Of a stretch of DNA of 64,000 bases, positions 31,628 to 42,887 are shown piece after piece. The stretch's first letter is position 1. Each line of letters starts with the position of its first letter. The DNA is from an uncultured beta proteobacterium (GTDB lineage Bacteria; Pseudomonadota; Gammaproteobacteria; Burkholderiales; SHXO01). The notes below the pieces were generated by a model. That model did no database searches, was not told where the DNA came from, and was given only the letters and a program-made list of their open reading frames with translations. Location: positions 2,745 through 66,744 of the forward strand of contig CAVVDJ010000015.1 of the NCBI GenBank assembly GCA_963747025.1. Reading direction: 5' to 3'. Both the position numbers and the translations under genes were made by a program.

Positions 31628-34600
31628 TCAGGCCGCTGCGGCGCGCCGTTGGAGGCGCACCAGGCAGCGGTCGATCCATTGACGGGTGAGCTTTTCCTGC
31701 ACCGAGTTCTGCGCCAGCCGCGCCGCCAATCCGGCGAAGTCGACTTGGTCGAGCGGCTGGTCCTGGTTGAAGCAGGAGAACACGTAGCTGCGTGCCCCCG
31801 TCTTCGGGTCGACGTGTGGCTGCAGACACTGGGCGCAGATCTCCTTCATCATGCACTGCATGGGCGAGTTGATCGAGGCGATGGCGAAGTGGTGCGGCTT
31901 CACGTGCGCGGCAAGCACGCCGCTGCGCGCAGCGCCCACCGCCGCCATCATGCGGTCGGAGCCGATGGCGACGATGCGGTCGGCAGCGGCGAAGGCGATG
32001 GCCTGCGGGCCCAAGCGCCCTTCCGCGTACGCCAGCATCGCTTGCACGATGTTGCCAACGTAGGTGCGGTCGTCGGGCCGCGTCGGCGCGAACCCCGGCG
32101 CCTCGTCGCAGCACCACACCACTACGTCGGCAGCGGCCTCGATTTCTGCGACCTTGTAGCGGTCGATCAGTTTCTTGTAGCCGGCGAAGTACAGCACCCT
32201 GGAACCGGCGGCCCGCAGCGCAGCGCCGATGGAGAACAACACCGCGTTGCCCAGGCCGCCGCCGACCAGTATCACGGTCTCCCCGGCGGGGATCTCGGTA
32301 GGAGAGCCGGTCGGGCCCATCAGCACCACTGGCTCGCCCGGTTGCAGCAGTGCGCACAAGTCCGACGAGCCGCCCATTTCCAACACGATAGTCGAGACCA
32401 GACCCTTGTCGCGATCGACCCAGGCGCCGGTGAGCGCTAGTCCTTCCATGGCCAAGCGCGTACCGTCGACGGCCAGCGCGTGCCGCTCGTAGTTCTGCAG
32501 CCGATAGAACTGGCCCGGCCGGAACCGGCGCGCGGCGGCGGGTGCACGCACCACCACCTCGACGATCGTAGGCGTGAGCCGGATCACCTCGTGCACGCTC
32601 GCGCGCAGCTCCCGGTTCAGATGCGCCTCGAACTCGGCCTCCGTCACTATCGAGGCCGGTGCGACTTTGTCGAGAACGCGGCTGATGACGGGGTAACCCT
32701 GCTTCGCTCCGCCCATGGCCTTGACCACGTTGCCGAAGAAGGACGGATGCACGTCGCCGAAGAAGCTGACGAAGCGACCGTCGGCGCGCTTGGACATCAG
32801 CACGCGCACCGCCAGCGGTTTGGCGGCCGCGTGCTCGGGCTTGACCGGCTCGCCGTTCTCGTCGCAGGCCTGAAAGTATTTTCCGTCCAGATGGAAGTTG
32901 TCTGCGGATCCTCGCGTGCCAGCACAGTGTTGGGTTGAGTCCCGGCGGCGACGAGGATCGATCGGCGCTGGCAAAATCCGTTCCAGCGGGTGCTAGCCGC
33001 CTGGCTCCGTGCGCCGTCACGGCGCACGCTCACGCGCAGCCCCGCCGCATGTCCGAACTCGTCCACCTCCACCGCCACCGGAGTCAGGCCCTCGGCGAAG
33101 CGGATACCCTCCTCCAGCGCCTTCTCTACCTCCTCGTGGTTGAGCGTGTAGGACGGGACTGTCGATCAGCCGCTTGCGGTAGGCGATGGTCGCTCCTCCC
33201 CAGGACTGCAGCAACTCGACGATGCGTGCTTCGCGGCCCTCTGCGCGTGCCGTTTCGCGCTCGATGCGGATGGCGCGCGCGTGCCCCAGGAACTCCTCGG
33301 CGATGCGGCTTTCCTCCGGGCTCCAGGGCGCGTGCACGGCGGTCTTACCGCGCTCCGCCACCAGGATCTCATAGCGATGCAGGAACTTCTCCACCTGCAC
33401 CGGGTAATAGGCAAGCGATTCGGTGGCCGTGTCGATCGCAGTCAATCCGCCACCCACTACCACCACGGGGAGTCGGATCTGCAGATTTGCGACCGAGTCG
33501 GTCTTGGCAGCACCGGTCAGCTGTAGCGCCATCAGAAAGTCCGAGGCGGTGCGCACGCCGCGCGCCAGTCCGTTGGGCAGCGCCAGCACGGTGGGGCGGC
33601 CGGCGCCCGCGCACAGCGCGACGTGATCGAAGCCCGCATCGAAAGCGTCGTCGAGCGTGAGCGTACCGCCGAAGCGAACGCCGCCGAACAGCTGGAACTC
33701 GCGCGCGGCGCTCGAGCAGCAGCCGGATGAGCTTGAGGAAGTTCTTATCCCAGCGCACCGTGATGCCGTACTCGGCGACGCCGCCGAAGCCCGCCATCAC
33801 CCGGTCATCGAGCGACTCGTACAGCGTGCGCACGTCGTGAATCGGGCGGAAGGGCGTGCGTTCGCCGCTCGCGCCGACGCCGCAGACATCGGTAGGCAAA
33901 GGCTCTATCTTGAGGCCATCAATGCCTACCACGTGGTGGCCGTCGTTCATCAGGTGGTGAGCAAGCGTAAAGCCAGCGGGGCCGGTCCCGACCACCAGCA
34001 CACGCCTGCCGCTGGCGGACCGCGGATAGGGGCGGCGCAGATCGAGCGGGTTCCAGCGCGTGAGCAGCGAGTAGATCTCGAAGCCCCAGGGCAATTCCAG
34101 CACGTCTTTCAGCGTGCGCGTCTCGGCCTGCGGGATGTCGACTGGTTCCTGCTTCTGGTAGATACAGGACTTCATGCAGTCGTTGCAGATCCGGTGCCCG
34201 GTGGCCGCCACCATCGGGTTGTCCACGCAGATCATCGCCAGCGCACCGAGTGCGAGCCCTTCGGTCTTGATCTTCTGGAACTCGGAGATCTTTTCCTCCA
34301 GCGGACAGCCGGCCAGCTGCACGCCGAATACCGTCCTCTTGAATGGCGGCGAGCCGCCACCCGTGGGCGCCTTCTCCCTCAGCCCGTGCGAACAAGAATC
34401 ACGGCCTTGTTCGTGACACCAGATGCAGTAGTTGGTCTGGTCGAGCGCGCCCACGAGATCCGTTCCAGGATCGGTCAGCGCGAAGCCACGCCGGCGGCGC
34501 AGGTGGTCGAGCCGGTAGCTGCGGAACCCCTTGCTGTCATCGGCTACGACCGGTACCAGCCGGTAGTAGTCGAGCTTGACGGGCGCTTTGAACAGCACGC

Positions 34601-35168
34601 CCGAGAGGTGTCGTGCTTGCCCCGCAGGCGTGTGCACGGCCCAGGCGGCGTAGTGCAGCGCGAGTTCCAAATCCTGTGCATGGATTGCCTCGTCCGCTTG
34701 CCACTGCGACACCAGCCGAGCAAAGCCAAGCTCCGTGAAGCTGCCACCCATATGCGCAGCGAGTTGGCCCTCAATCGCCGGACCGTCGATCGCGGCCGCT
34801 TCCTCCGGCTTGATCCGATTCATGGCCCGGCGTTGGACGAACATGCGCTTACAGGAGTACAGCGGCGCCAGCTCGTGGTGTCGCGCGGCGAGATCGGTAA
34901 CGGCGTCCTCGATGCCGAACAACTCGGCGAGGTAGTCTTCCAGGTGAGGCGCCAGCGCAACCAGCAGCTCCGACTCGGATTTGGCCGTAAGTGCGCCGGG
35001 ATCGGTACGCGCGTCCAGCAGGCCGTCGGCCAAAGCGCGCTCGGCTTCGCGCAGGTACTGCACGAACTGCTGGTCCAGGCGAACCAGTCCGTTGCGCTGG
35101 TACAGGTCTGCGAACGCGAACCCGAAACCGAGCTCAAGCGCGGGTTGTGGCATGGCAGTGCGGTTCAT
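31628..35168 (-). pseudogene. Large FAD/NAD(P)-dependent oxidoreductase: GltD-like pyridine nucleotide-disulfide domain fused to a PyrK/ferredoxin-reductase-like C-terminal domain; at least 3 frameshifts
   Basis: ORF 33369..35168 has a Cys-rich Fe-S region (ICNDCMKSCIY) and the dinucleotide fold VLVVGTGPAGFTLA. ORF 33017..33589 has VVVVGGGLTAIDTA. ORF 31628..32974 has the PyrK-like part ([23 protein letters not shown]) and terminal cysteines ([12 protein letters not shown]). Frame changes lie near 33705, 33160 and 32895. Confidence 0.8.
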
Positions 35169-35273
35169 GAAACAACTGCTGGCAATATGGATATGCCCGG
35201 CCTCGCAGGGCGACGGGCGAAAAAATGGGCGCCAAGTATAGCAGCCGTGCAGCGCGCGGCGGCGTAGCTTACC

Positions 35274-36293
35274 TCAGTGTCGCCCGAGTGCACGCCCGCA
35301 CTCGGCAATCAGGCCCGGCCCGGCATATATGAGTCCGCTATAGAGCTGGATCAACCTCGCGCCCGCCGCGATTTTCTCCACCGCGTCCTCACCTCGCAGG
35401 ATGCCACCGACGGCGATGATGGGAATGCGCTCGCCCAGCGCAGCGCGAAGACGGCGGACCACGGCGGTGGAGCGTTCTCGCAACGGGGCGCCACTCAAAC
35501 CCCCGGCCTCGTCGCCGTGCGGCAGGCCCTCTACACCAGTGCGCGCGATCGTCGTGTTGGTCGCGATCACGCCATCCATGCCGTGGTTGAGCAGCGACTG
35601 CGCGATCCCCTCGACCTGCTCTTCGGAAACATCGGGGGCGATCTTGAGTGTGAGCGGCACGTAGCGCCCGGATGCGCGGAACAGCGCTTGCTGTTCGCTT
35701 TTGAGCGTTGCGAGCAGGCGGTCCAACTCGTCGCTGCCTTGCAACCGGCGCAGGTTTTGGGTGTTCGGAGAAGAGACGTTGACGGCGAGATAGCTGGCCA
35801 GCGGATAGGCCTTGCGCATGCACGCCAGGTAGTCGGCGGCGGCGCGCTCGATCGGGGTATCGAAGTTCTTGCCGATGTTGATCCCGAGGATGCCGCGGTA
35901 GCGCGAGCGTTTGAGATTGTGCACCAACCGGTCGACACCAAGGCTGTTGAACCCCATGCGATTGATCAGCGCGCGCGCTTGCGGAATGCGGAACAGTCGC
36001 GGTGGGGGATTGCCCGGTTGCGGGCGCGGCGTGACCGTGCCGACTTCGACAAAGCCGAAGCCGAGTGCCGCCAGCGCATCAACGTGCTCGCCGTTCTTGT
36101 CTAGCCCGGCAGCGAGGCCGACGGCGTTGGGGAAAGCGAGACCCATCACCTCGATTGGAGCGGAGCCAGGCGTCTGCACGACCAGTCGGCTGAGGCCGAG
36201 CCCATGTGCCGCGTCGAGCATTGCCAGGGTCCAACGGTGTGCCCGCTCCGGCTCGAGCCGAAACAGCAGTGGCCGTAACAGCGGGTAGAGCAC
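35274..36293 (-). CDS. pyrD: Dihydroorotate dehydrogenase (quinone), class 2
   Basis: 339-aa ORF: [43 protein letters not shown]-like [19 protein letters not shown]. Confidence 0.95.
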   Translation of the reverse strand: MLYPLLRPLLFRLEPERAHRWTLAMLDAAHGLGLSRLVVQTPGSAPIEVMGLAFPNAVGLAAGLDKNGEHVDALAALGFGFVEVGTVTPRPQPGNPPPRLFRIPQARALINRMGFNSLGVDRLVHNLKRSRYRGILGINIGKNFDTPIERAAADYLACMRKAYPLASYLAVNVSSPNTQNLRRLQGSDELDRLLATLKSEQQALFRASGRYVPLTLKIAPDVSEEQVEGIAQSLLNHGMDGVIATNTTIARTGVEGLPHGDEAGGLSGAPLRERSTAVVRRLRAALGERIPIIAVGGILRGEDAVEKIAAGARLIQLYSGLIYAGPGLIAECGRALGRH

Positions 36294-36296
36294 CGC

Positions 36297-37076
36297 TCAG
36301 AAGCGCGGCTCGCGCCGCTCTAAGAAGGATTTCAACCCTTCAACGGCGTCGTCGGTCGCCATCACCTGCTGTAGATCGCCGAGCATGCGCTTGAAGGCGG
36401 CGCCTTCTCCCTCACGTCGCGCCAGCCGCGCGGAAGCGAGCGAAGCCTGCACACCGACTGGCGATTGGCGCGCAATCGTGTCGGCTATCGCCAGCGCACG
36501 CTGCAGCTGGCTGCCGGACGGCACCACCTCCTGAACCAGTCCGATCCGGTGCGCCTCGGGTGCGGAGAACTCATCGCCGGTCAGCAGCCAGCGCATGGCA
36601 TTGCCCCAGCCCAGCTCTTGCACCAGGCGCACGGTGGCGCCGCCGACCGGAAAAATGCCGCGTTTGACTTCGATCTGCGCAAAGCGGGTGTCGTCGGCGG
36701 CAACTCGGATATCGCCAGCGAGCAGCAACTCGATGCCGATGGTCAAGCACCAGCCATGCACCGCGATCACCAGGGGCTTGGCGAGAGTACGCTCAGGCTC
36801 GCGTGCCAGCGGGTCCAGCGCGCCCTCCGGCAACGGAGGCATGCGCCCGTCGCGGAAGAAAGGCAGCCATTGAGGCAGCTCGATACCGCCGGTGAAGTGC
36901 TCTCCGTGCGCAAACAGCAGGCCGCAGCGCAGTTGCTCGTCGCGTTGCAGACTACCCAGCGCCTGGCCCAGCTCCGCATACATCTGCAGGTCGAAGGCGT
37001 TGCGTTTGGCCGTGCGATCGAGCCCGATCAGCAGGACATGTCCGCGCGCCTCGATACTGATCCGTTCCAGCTTCAT
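36297..37076 (-). CDS. Enoyl-CoA hydratase/isomerase (crotonase) family protein
   Basis: 259-aa ORF: LLIGLDRTAKRNAF, FTGGIEL, KPLVIAVHGWCLTIGIELLLAGDIRVAA. Confidence 0.85.
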   Translation of the reverse strand: MKLERISIEARGHVLLIGLDRTAKRNAFDLQMYAELGQALGSLQRDEQLRCGLLFAHGEHFTGGIELPQWLPFFRDGRMPPLPEGALDPLAREPERTLAKPLVIAVHGWCLTIGIELLLAGDIRVAADDTRFAQIEVKRGIFPVGGATVRLVQELGWGNAMRWLLTGDEFSAPEAHRIGLVQEVVPSGSQLQRALAIADTIARQSPVGVQASLASARLARREGEGAAFKRMLGDLQQVMATDDAVEGLKSFLERREPRF

Positions 37077-37131
37077 GCCGGAGGGCGCGTACCGGCTGTC
37101 GCGAGCCCGGCGTTAGCGTGGCGGCGGTTGG

Positions 37132-37881
37132 TCAACAGCAGGCCGACGCCGAGAAATGTGGCCTGAGTCGCTGCCACTGCCCATTGATCAATCCCTCCAT
37201 CGGCTGGAAGTTGATCTTGTAGGCCATCTTACGGCTCTGGCCGATCCAGTAGCCGAGATACAAATAGGGCAGCCGCAGACGGCGGCACAGCTCGACTTGC
37301 CACAGCACGTTGAAGGTGCCAAGGCTGGCGCCCGGCAGTTCGGGTTCGAAGAACGTGTACACCGACGATACACCGTCTTCCAGGCGATCGACGATGCTCA
37401 CCATCACAAGCCGACCGTCTTCGCGGAATTCGACGAGGTTCGAGGTCACGTTGCTTTGCAGGAGGAAGTGGCGGTATTGCTCGCGGCTGTCATGGTCCAT
37501 CCCGCCGCCGGAGTGGCGCGTAGACTGGTAGCGCAGATACAGGGCGTAGTGCTCGGGGTGATACTTAAGGTCGAGCATGCGCGCGTCCAGCCCTGCGTGG
37601 CGCTTGCGCGCGCGGCGCTGAGACCGGGTGGCGCGGTATTCAGCGGTGACTATGCGCACCGGCACGCACGCGCGGCAGCTATCGCAATATGGGCGATAAG
37701 TGAACGCGCCGCTGCGCCGGAAACCGGCCCGCACCAATTGACTGTAGACCTGCGTGTCGATTGCATGACTGGGTGTTGCCACCTGCGAGCGCGCCAGCTT
37801 GTCCGGCAGGTAGCTGCATGGATAGGGCGCCGTGGCATAGAACTGCAGGACCGAAAACGGCAGGTCGTTGAGCAGGGTCAT
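37132..37881 (-). CDS. bpt: Arginyl/aspartyl/glutamyl-tRNA--protein transferase (Bpt, N-end rule)
   Basis: [37 protein letters not shown] and YLYLGYWI match bacterial Bpt. ATG at 37881. Confidence 0.9.
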   Translation of the reverse strand: MTLLNDLPFSVLQFYATAPYPCSYLPDKLARSQVATPSHAIDTQVYSQLVRAGFRRSGAFTYRPYCDSCRACVPVRIVTAEYRATRSQRRARKRHAGLDARMLDLKYHPEHYALYLRYQSTRHSGGGMDHDSREQYRHFLLQSNVTSNLVEFREDGRLVMVSIVDRLEDGVSSVYTFFEPELPGASLGTFNVLWQVELCRRLRLPYLYLGYWIGQSRKMAYKINFQPMEGLINGQWQRLRPHFSASACC

Positions 37882-37947
37882 ACTGAGCGCGCGCTCCAGG
37901 GTTGCATGCGCGGGCCCACGCACGCGCTCGCCTCGCGGGCCGGCGCC

Positions 37948-38677
37948 TCACCCACGCTTGCTGCCAGCCGCAGCCGCGTGCGGATCATTGAACCTGTCCA
38001 GGACCCAGGGCAGCGGCACATCGGGATATTTTACCAACTCTGCCACGCGGCGCGTGAACTGCTCGCGCGCGACCTCGCGAGCGCCAAAGGACGCGAGCAG
38101 GGGCGTGTGCATCTGGCAGTCAATCAGTCCGAAGCCCCAAGCTCTGGAGCTGACGCGCCAGATGGACCAGCGCGATCTTGGAGGCGTCGGTTGCCCGCGA
38201 GAACATGGACTCACCGAAAAACGCACGCCCCAGCGCAACGCCGTACAGCCCGCCAACGAGCTCGTCGCCGTGCCAGGTCTCGATGCTGTGGGCCACGCCC
38301 AGTCGGTGCAGCCGCGTGTACGCGGCTTGCATCGCGTGGGTGATCCATGTGCCCGTCTGCCGCGGGCGCGGCTCACTGCAGGCTCGGACGACCTGCTCGA
38401 ACGCACTGTCGGCACGTATCTCGAAGTTCGCCTTGCGCAGTGTCTTGGCCATCGAGCGCGCAATTTTCAGTTCGCCCGGAACCAGCACCGTGCGCGGATC
38501 GGGGCTCCACCACAGAATCGGCTCGCCGGCGCTGAACCACGGAAAGATGCCCAGCCGGTAAGCGCGCAACAGACGTTCGGGAGAGAGGTCACCGCCGGCG
38601 GCAAGCAGGCCGTTGGGGCGCGCCAGCGCCTGCTCCACCGGGGGAAAGTCGCCGCTGTGGTCAAGCCACTGTATCAA
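37948..38677 (-). pseudogene. aat: Leucyl/phenylalanyl-tRNA--protein transferase, one frameshift near 38140
   Basis: ORF 38120..38677 has [26 protein letters not shown] and GESMFS. The tail in the ORF 37948..38463 frame has [25 protein letters not shown] start. Confidence 0.9.
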
Positions 38678-38681
38678 GCGC

Positions 38682-39212
38682 TCAGAACCAACGATCCTTG
38701 CCCTTACTGATCAGCCCACAAGCCAGCCGGGGGCCGGCGTTACCGGCGGGCTGGGTGCGCAGGTCGTCAGGGTTTGCATGCACGATGACTGCGCGCCCGA
38801 TGATGCTGTCCGGGCCTGCGTCCAGTGTGATGCCGCTGACCTCAACGTGATAAACGGCCACGCCGTTGCTATCCGCCGTCAGGTTGCCGAGATCGCCCGC
38901 GTGGCGATGCGCAGTGTCGGGCCCAGCGTGGGGCTCCTTGTGCGGGTTGAAATGCCCGCCCGCGCTAGCGGCATCCGGCGCGGTGCAATCGCCTTTCTCG
39001 TGTATGTGGAATCCGTGCAACCCTGGAGTCAGGCCGCTAACCCGCGCATCGATCACTACTCTTTCCCCGTGCTGAACGAAGGTCACGGTCCCCGCTGTTT
39101 GGTTGCCCTTGGTCGGCCCCAGGTTCGCGCTCGCGGTGGGCGAGCGCACCCCTATGCTGGAGCAGCCGGCAAGCAAGCCGCAAGCCGCGATTAGAGCAAC
39201 GGGCGTTCTCAT
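38682..39212 (-). CDS. sodC: Superoxide dismutase [Cu-Zn], lipoprotein-type signal
   Basis: Lipobox LLAGC, then [23 protein letters not shown] and [15 protein letters not shown] at 39212. Confidence 0.9.
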   Translation of the reverse strand: MRTPVALIAACGLLAGCSSIGVRSPTASANLGPTKGNQTAGTVTFVQHGERVVIDARVSGLTPGLHGFHIHEKGDCTAPDAASAGGHFNPHKEPHAGPDTAHRHAGDLGNLTADSNGVAVYHVEVSGITLDAGPDSIIGRAVIVHANPDDLRTQPAGNAGPRLACGLISKGKDRWF

Positions 39213-39347
39213 CCGCAATTCCCCCAAAGCCTGGTCACCGGGGCGGCGGCTACACAGCGCATTCGGCGCGCGCCGCGGCCGCTCTTCGTGCGTGGTTGGT
39301 TGTAGCATTCGCGTCCACCAGTGTCAAACCAGCGACAGGAGCTCCTC

Positions 39348-39373
39348 GGGAAGCTTTCGATCAGGGCTTCCCC
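39348..39373. repeat. Possible collapsed mini-copy of the box palindrome
   Basis: gggaagctttcgatcagggcttcccc. The outer halves GGGAAGC / GCTTCCC and the central GATCAG echo the termini of the 6709-6872 element. Confidence 0.35.
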
Positions 39374-39533
39374 AGCCGCTTTGTCGTCTCGGGAACGAAC
39401 GCTTGGGGCGGCCGTCCAACGCGAAGTCCCTGACAGGGCGCGCGCCCAGGACGATTGGGTTAAACTTACCGGCTGCTTGGAGGTATCACAGCTAGAGCTT
39501 GTGGCAGCCCACTAAATTGATAGCGGGAGGGAC

Positions 39534-40427
39534 ATGATGAAGGGGAGCCTGGTAGCAATCGTTTCGCCGATGCTCGAGGACGGCAGCCTCGACTTCGACG
39601 CCCTGCGCCGCCTCCTCGACTGGCACGTCGCTGAGGGAACCGACGGCATCGTCGTGGTCGGGACCACTGGCGAGTCGCCCACCGTGGACTTCGAGGAACA
39701 CTGCCGGCTGATCAGGACTACCGTGGAGCAGGTTGCCGGCAGAGTGCCTGTGATCGCCGGTACCGGCGCCAATTCGACCAGCGAGGCAATCGAGTTGCAG
39801 GCCTTCGCCAAGAAGGCAGGGGCCGATCTCTGCCTGTCCGTAGTGCCCTACTACAACAAGCCGACCCAGGAGGGGCTGTATCGGCACTTCAAGGCCATCG
39901 CAGAGGCGGTCGATATTCCCATGATCGTGTACAACGTCCCCAGTCGTACCGTGTGCGATATGCACAACGACACCGCAGTGCGGCTGGCCCAGGTTCCCAA
40001 CATCGCGGGGATCAAAGAGGCCACTGGCAACCTCGAGCGCGGTGCGGATTTGATTCGCCGCGCGCCGAGAGGCTTTGCGATCTATAGCGGCGACGATGCA
40101 ACCGCGCTGCCGCTGATGCTGATGGGCGGCGACGGCGTCATCTCCGTCACCGCCAACGTGGCGCCCCGTCTCATGCACGAAATGTGCAGCGCGGCCTTGG
40201 CGGGGGATCTGGTCAAAGCGCGTGCCTTGAACAACAGACTGCTGGGCTTGCATCGGCACCTGTTCGTCGAAGCCAATCCGATTCCGGTGAAGTGGGTGCT
40301 CAAGGAGATGGGAATGATCGCGGGCGGCATCCGCCTGCCGCTGACGCCCCTGTCGTCGTCCTTGCACGATCTGCTGCGCGGTGCTATGGAACAGGCCGGC
40401 ATCGCCGCTCGAGTACCGGTGGCCTAG
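39534..40427 (+). CDS. dapA: 4-hydroxy-tetrahydrodipicolinate synthase
   Basis: 297-aa ORF: [47 protein letters not shown]. Confidence 0.97.
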   Translation: MMKGSLVAIVSPMLEDGSLDFDALRRLLDWHVAEGTDGIVVVGTTGESPTVDFEEHCRLIRTTVEQVAGRVPVIAGTGANSTSEAIELQAFAKKAGADLCLSVVPYYNKPTQEGLYRHFKAIAEAVDIPMIVYNVPSRTVCDMHNDTAVRLAQVPNIAGIKEATGNLERGADLIRRAPRGFAIYSGDDATALPLMLMGGDGVISVTANVAPRLMHEMCSAALAGDLVKARALNNRLLGLHRHLFVEANPIPVKWVLKEMGMIAGGIRLPLTPLSSSLHDLLRGAMEQAGIAARVPVA

Positions 40428-40449
40428 CGCGGAGCTGACACGACTGAGA

Positions 40450-41571
40450 ATGAAGCAGCCTTCCGCCCGACTCGCCGTTGTCGTTTCGATATTGCTGTGC
40501 GCGTGCGCTGTCGAGAACAAGAAAATCGATTACAAGTCGGAGAGCAAGCAGGCGCGCCCTCTGGAAGTGCCCCCGGATCTCGCCGCACCGAACGCTAGCG
40601 ACCGGTTCACCGTGCCGGAGGCCAATGCGGCGACCTATTCCGATTACAACCAGGGCCAGCCGGCAAAGGTGGGTGCCTCGCCAGGTCTGCTGCCGCAGCC
40701 CGGCAAGTCCCGCATCGAGCGCGCCGGCAGCCAGCGCTGGCTGGTGGTGCAGGCCCCGCCTGAGCAGGTGTGGCCTGTGGTCAGAGAGTTCTGGCAGGAG
40801 CTCGGCTTCATCATCGTGTCCGAGAACGCCGAGACCGGCGTGATGGAAACCGACTGGGCGGAGAATCGCGCAAAAATCCCGCAGGATGCGCTGCGCAACC
40901 TCCTGGGCAAGGTCATCGATCAGGCCTACTCGACGCCCGAGCGGGATAAGTACCGCGCCCGGCTCGAGCGCGGTGAGCCAGCGGGAACGACCGAGGTCTA
41001 TATCACCCACCGTGGGATGTACGAAATGTATGTCAACGATGCCAACTTCCGGCAGACGGGCCGCACGATATGGCAGCCGCGTCCCGCGGATCCGGAACTG
41101 GAGGCAGAGATGCTGCGCCGCCTGCAGATGAAGTTGGCTGGTGGGAAGGCGATCGAAACTCCACAAGCGCAGGCGACGCCAAGCGCACCGCCCGAGCCGC
41201 GCGCGGTAGTGAGCAAGGGCGCAGGCGGCACGCCGGTACTGGTGATGAAAGACGACTTCGAGCGCGCTTGGCGCCGGGTGGGGTTGTCGCTGGACCGGCT
41301 CGGCTTCACGGTGCAAGATCGCGACCGCGCTGGCGGCCTGTACTACGTGCGGTATTTGAACCCGGACGCCGACGCCAAAAAGCCTTCGCTGTTGTCGCGG
41401 TTGGCGTTCTGGGAGAGCGATGGGTCCAAAGGGAAGGCCGCGGAGTACCGTATCGTCGTGGCGGACGCGAAAACCGGATCGGAGGTCAAAGTGCTCAGCG
41501 CCGATGGCGCACCGGAGAAGTCAGAAGCGGCCACTCGCATCCTCACGGTCCTGCAGGAGGATCTCAAATAG
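40450..41571 (+). CDS. bamC: Outer membrane protein assembly factor BamC (NlpB) lipoprotein
   Basis: Lipobox LLCAC and LEVPPDL. It lies directly after dapA, the classical dapA-nlpB pair. Confidence 0.85.
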   Translation: MKQPSARLAVVVSILLCACAVENKKIDYKSESKQARPLEVPPDLAAPNASDRFTVPEANAATYSDYNQGQPAKVGASPGLLPQPGKSRIERAGSQRWLVVQAPPEQVWPVVREFWQELGFIIVSENAETGVMETDWAENRAKIPQDALRNLLGKVIDQAYSTPERDKYRARLERGEPAGTTEVYITHRGMYEMYVNDANFRQTGRTIWQPRPADPELEAEMLRRLQMKLAGGKAIETPQAQATPSAPPEPRAVVSKGAGGTPVLVMKDDFERAWRRVGLSLDRLGFTVQDRDRAGGLYYVRYLNPDADAKKPSLLSRLAFWESDGSKGKAAEYRIVVADAKTGSEVKVLSADGAPEKSEAATRILTVLQEDLK

Positions 41572-41629
41572 CGCGAGCGCGATGTGCCCGTGATGGTGTG
41601 ACGGTTGACCGGAGGGCCCCCGGCACGCC

Positions 41630-42397
41630 ATGAGGTTCGCTTCGCTAGGCAGCGGCAGCCAGGGTAATGCGCTGATAGTCGAGGTCGGCACCACTCGCGT
41701 TCTCGTCGATTGCGGTTTTGGCTTGTCGGACGCAACCCGACGGCTGGGCCGCCTCGGTATTTCGCCCGATACTCTGTCGGCCATCGTCGTGACGCACGAG
41801 CACGACGACCATATCGGTGGTGTCGCGCGCTTCGCTCGAAAGCACCGTGTACCCGTATGGGTTACCAGTGGCACCGTGCGGGGTCTGGAAGACCTCTTCG
41901 ATCCCGATGTCGAGGTATGCTCAATCCAAGGTTATGCCACCTTCTCCATCGGAGACATCAACGTCGAACCCTTTCCCGTTCCGCACGACGCGCGCGAACC
42001 GGCCCAATTCGTGTTTGGGGATGGTGCGCACCGCCTCGGCGTGCTGACCGATGTCGGTCACGTGACGGCCCACATTCGCCACTGTCTCAAGGATTGTGAT
42101 GCCGTAGTGTTGGAATGCAATCACGATGCGGAGATGCTGCGCACCGGGGACTACCCCGAGCCTCTCAAGGCTCGGATCTCGAGCCGGCTGGGGCATCTCG
42201 ACAACGCATCCGCGGCAGCCTTGCTGGCAACGCTCGACCTCAATCGTTTGCAGCACGTGATCGCGGCCCACCTGAGCCAGGCCAACAACCGGCCCGAGCT
42301 GGCGCGCGGGGCGCTAGCGGATGTGCTCGGGTGCGAAATGCATTGGGTCGCGGTCGCCGATCAGAACACTGGCTTCAGCTGGCGGCAGCTCGTGTGA
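41630..42397 (+). CDS. MBL-fold metallo-hydrolase
   Basis: LGSGSQGNALIVE, VTHEHDDHIGG (HxHxDH motif). Confidence 0.85.
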   Translation: MRFASLGSGSQGNALIVEVGTTRVLVDCGFGLSDATRRLGRLGISPDTLSAIVVTHEHDDHIGGVARFARKHRVPVWVTSGTVRGLEDLFDPDVEVCSIQGYATFSIGDINVEPFPVPHDAREPAQFVFGDGAHRLGVLTDVGHVTAHIRHCLKDCDAVVLECNHDAEMLRTGDYPEPLKARISSRLGHLDNASAAALLATLDLNRLQHVIAAHLSQANNRPELARGALADVLGCEMHWVAVADQNTGFSWRQLV

Positions 42398-42458
42398 CGT
42401 TGCTCGACGACAGACGGGTCGGGGCTGAGCCTGCGAGAAACGAGGACCTTACGGGCGC

Positions 42459-42489
42459 AAAAAAACCGGCCCGTGCGGGCCGGTTTCTT
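42459..42489. terminator. Bidirectional intrinsic terminator
   Basis: aaaaaaaccggccc-gtgc-gggccggtttctt: a GC-rich stem flanked by an A run and a T run. It lies between the convergent MBL hydrolase gene and the small lipoprotein gene. Confidence 0.8.
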
Positions 42490-42527
42490 ACCGTACATTC
42501 GCGCCGCAGCTAGCTGACGTGCTACTT

Positions 42528-42707
42528 CTACTTCTTCTCTTCCGGCTTCTGCTCGGCCGGCGCTGGGGTCGCGGCTGTCCCGGAAGCGGCTTCCGGGGCT
42601 GGGGCGGGAGCCGCCGCTGGTGCGGGAGCCGGCGCGGGTTCTTCCTTCTTGCTGCAGGCGGTCAAGCCGAGAGCCAGGATGGCGGCAACGACGAGGGCGT
42701 GTCTCAT
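42528..42707 (-). CDS. Small (59 aa) Ala/Pro-rich lipoprotein, below the ORF-track size cut-off
   Basis: Hand translation: MRHALVVAAILALGLTACSKKEEPAPAPAPAAAPAPAPEAASGTAATPAPAEQKPEEKK-stop. Lipobox LTAC. AAGGAAAC Shine-Dalgarno 4-5 nt upstream. The terminator follows. Confidence 0.7.
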   Translation of the reverse strand: MRHALVVAAILALGLTACSKKEEPAPAPAPAAAPAPAPEAASGTAATPAPAEQKPEEKK

Positions 42708-42887
42708 CTAGTTTCCTTAGCGGTATTCAGACTGTTGGGGAACGATCGAATTCTTTGAAGCCTTTCCTCCAGAGGGCGGCCCTCCGAAGAAGGCCGAATA
42801 CTAGCAGATCTGCCTAACAAATCCAGTGCCCTCTAGCCGGCTAATCCCCATGGCATATGGGTCTGGGCCGGGAGCAGTTTGGATGGA

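Noticed and set aside
30915-33020. 701-aa minus-strand ORF.
   Set aside because: It is a composite open frame in GC-rich DNA. Only its extreme C-terminal part (the rnfB-like N-terminus [10 protein letters not shown]..., and possibly the last residues) is meaningful. The rest is out of frame with the GltD/PyrK-like gene, whose conserved residues lie in ORFs 31628..32974, 33017..33589 and 33369..35168.
15102-35168. Genuine pseudogenisation or genome decay of glnE, yhdP, tldD, the DAHP synthase, nth and others.
   Set aside because: Conserved motifs are intact on both sides of every break. I saw no in-frame stops or deletions. The breaks are clustered by region rather than by gene dispensability. 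Sequencing or assembly indels are more parsimonious. This stays unproven without the reads.
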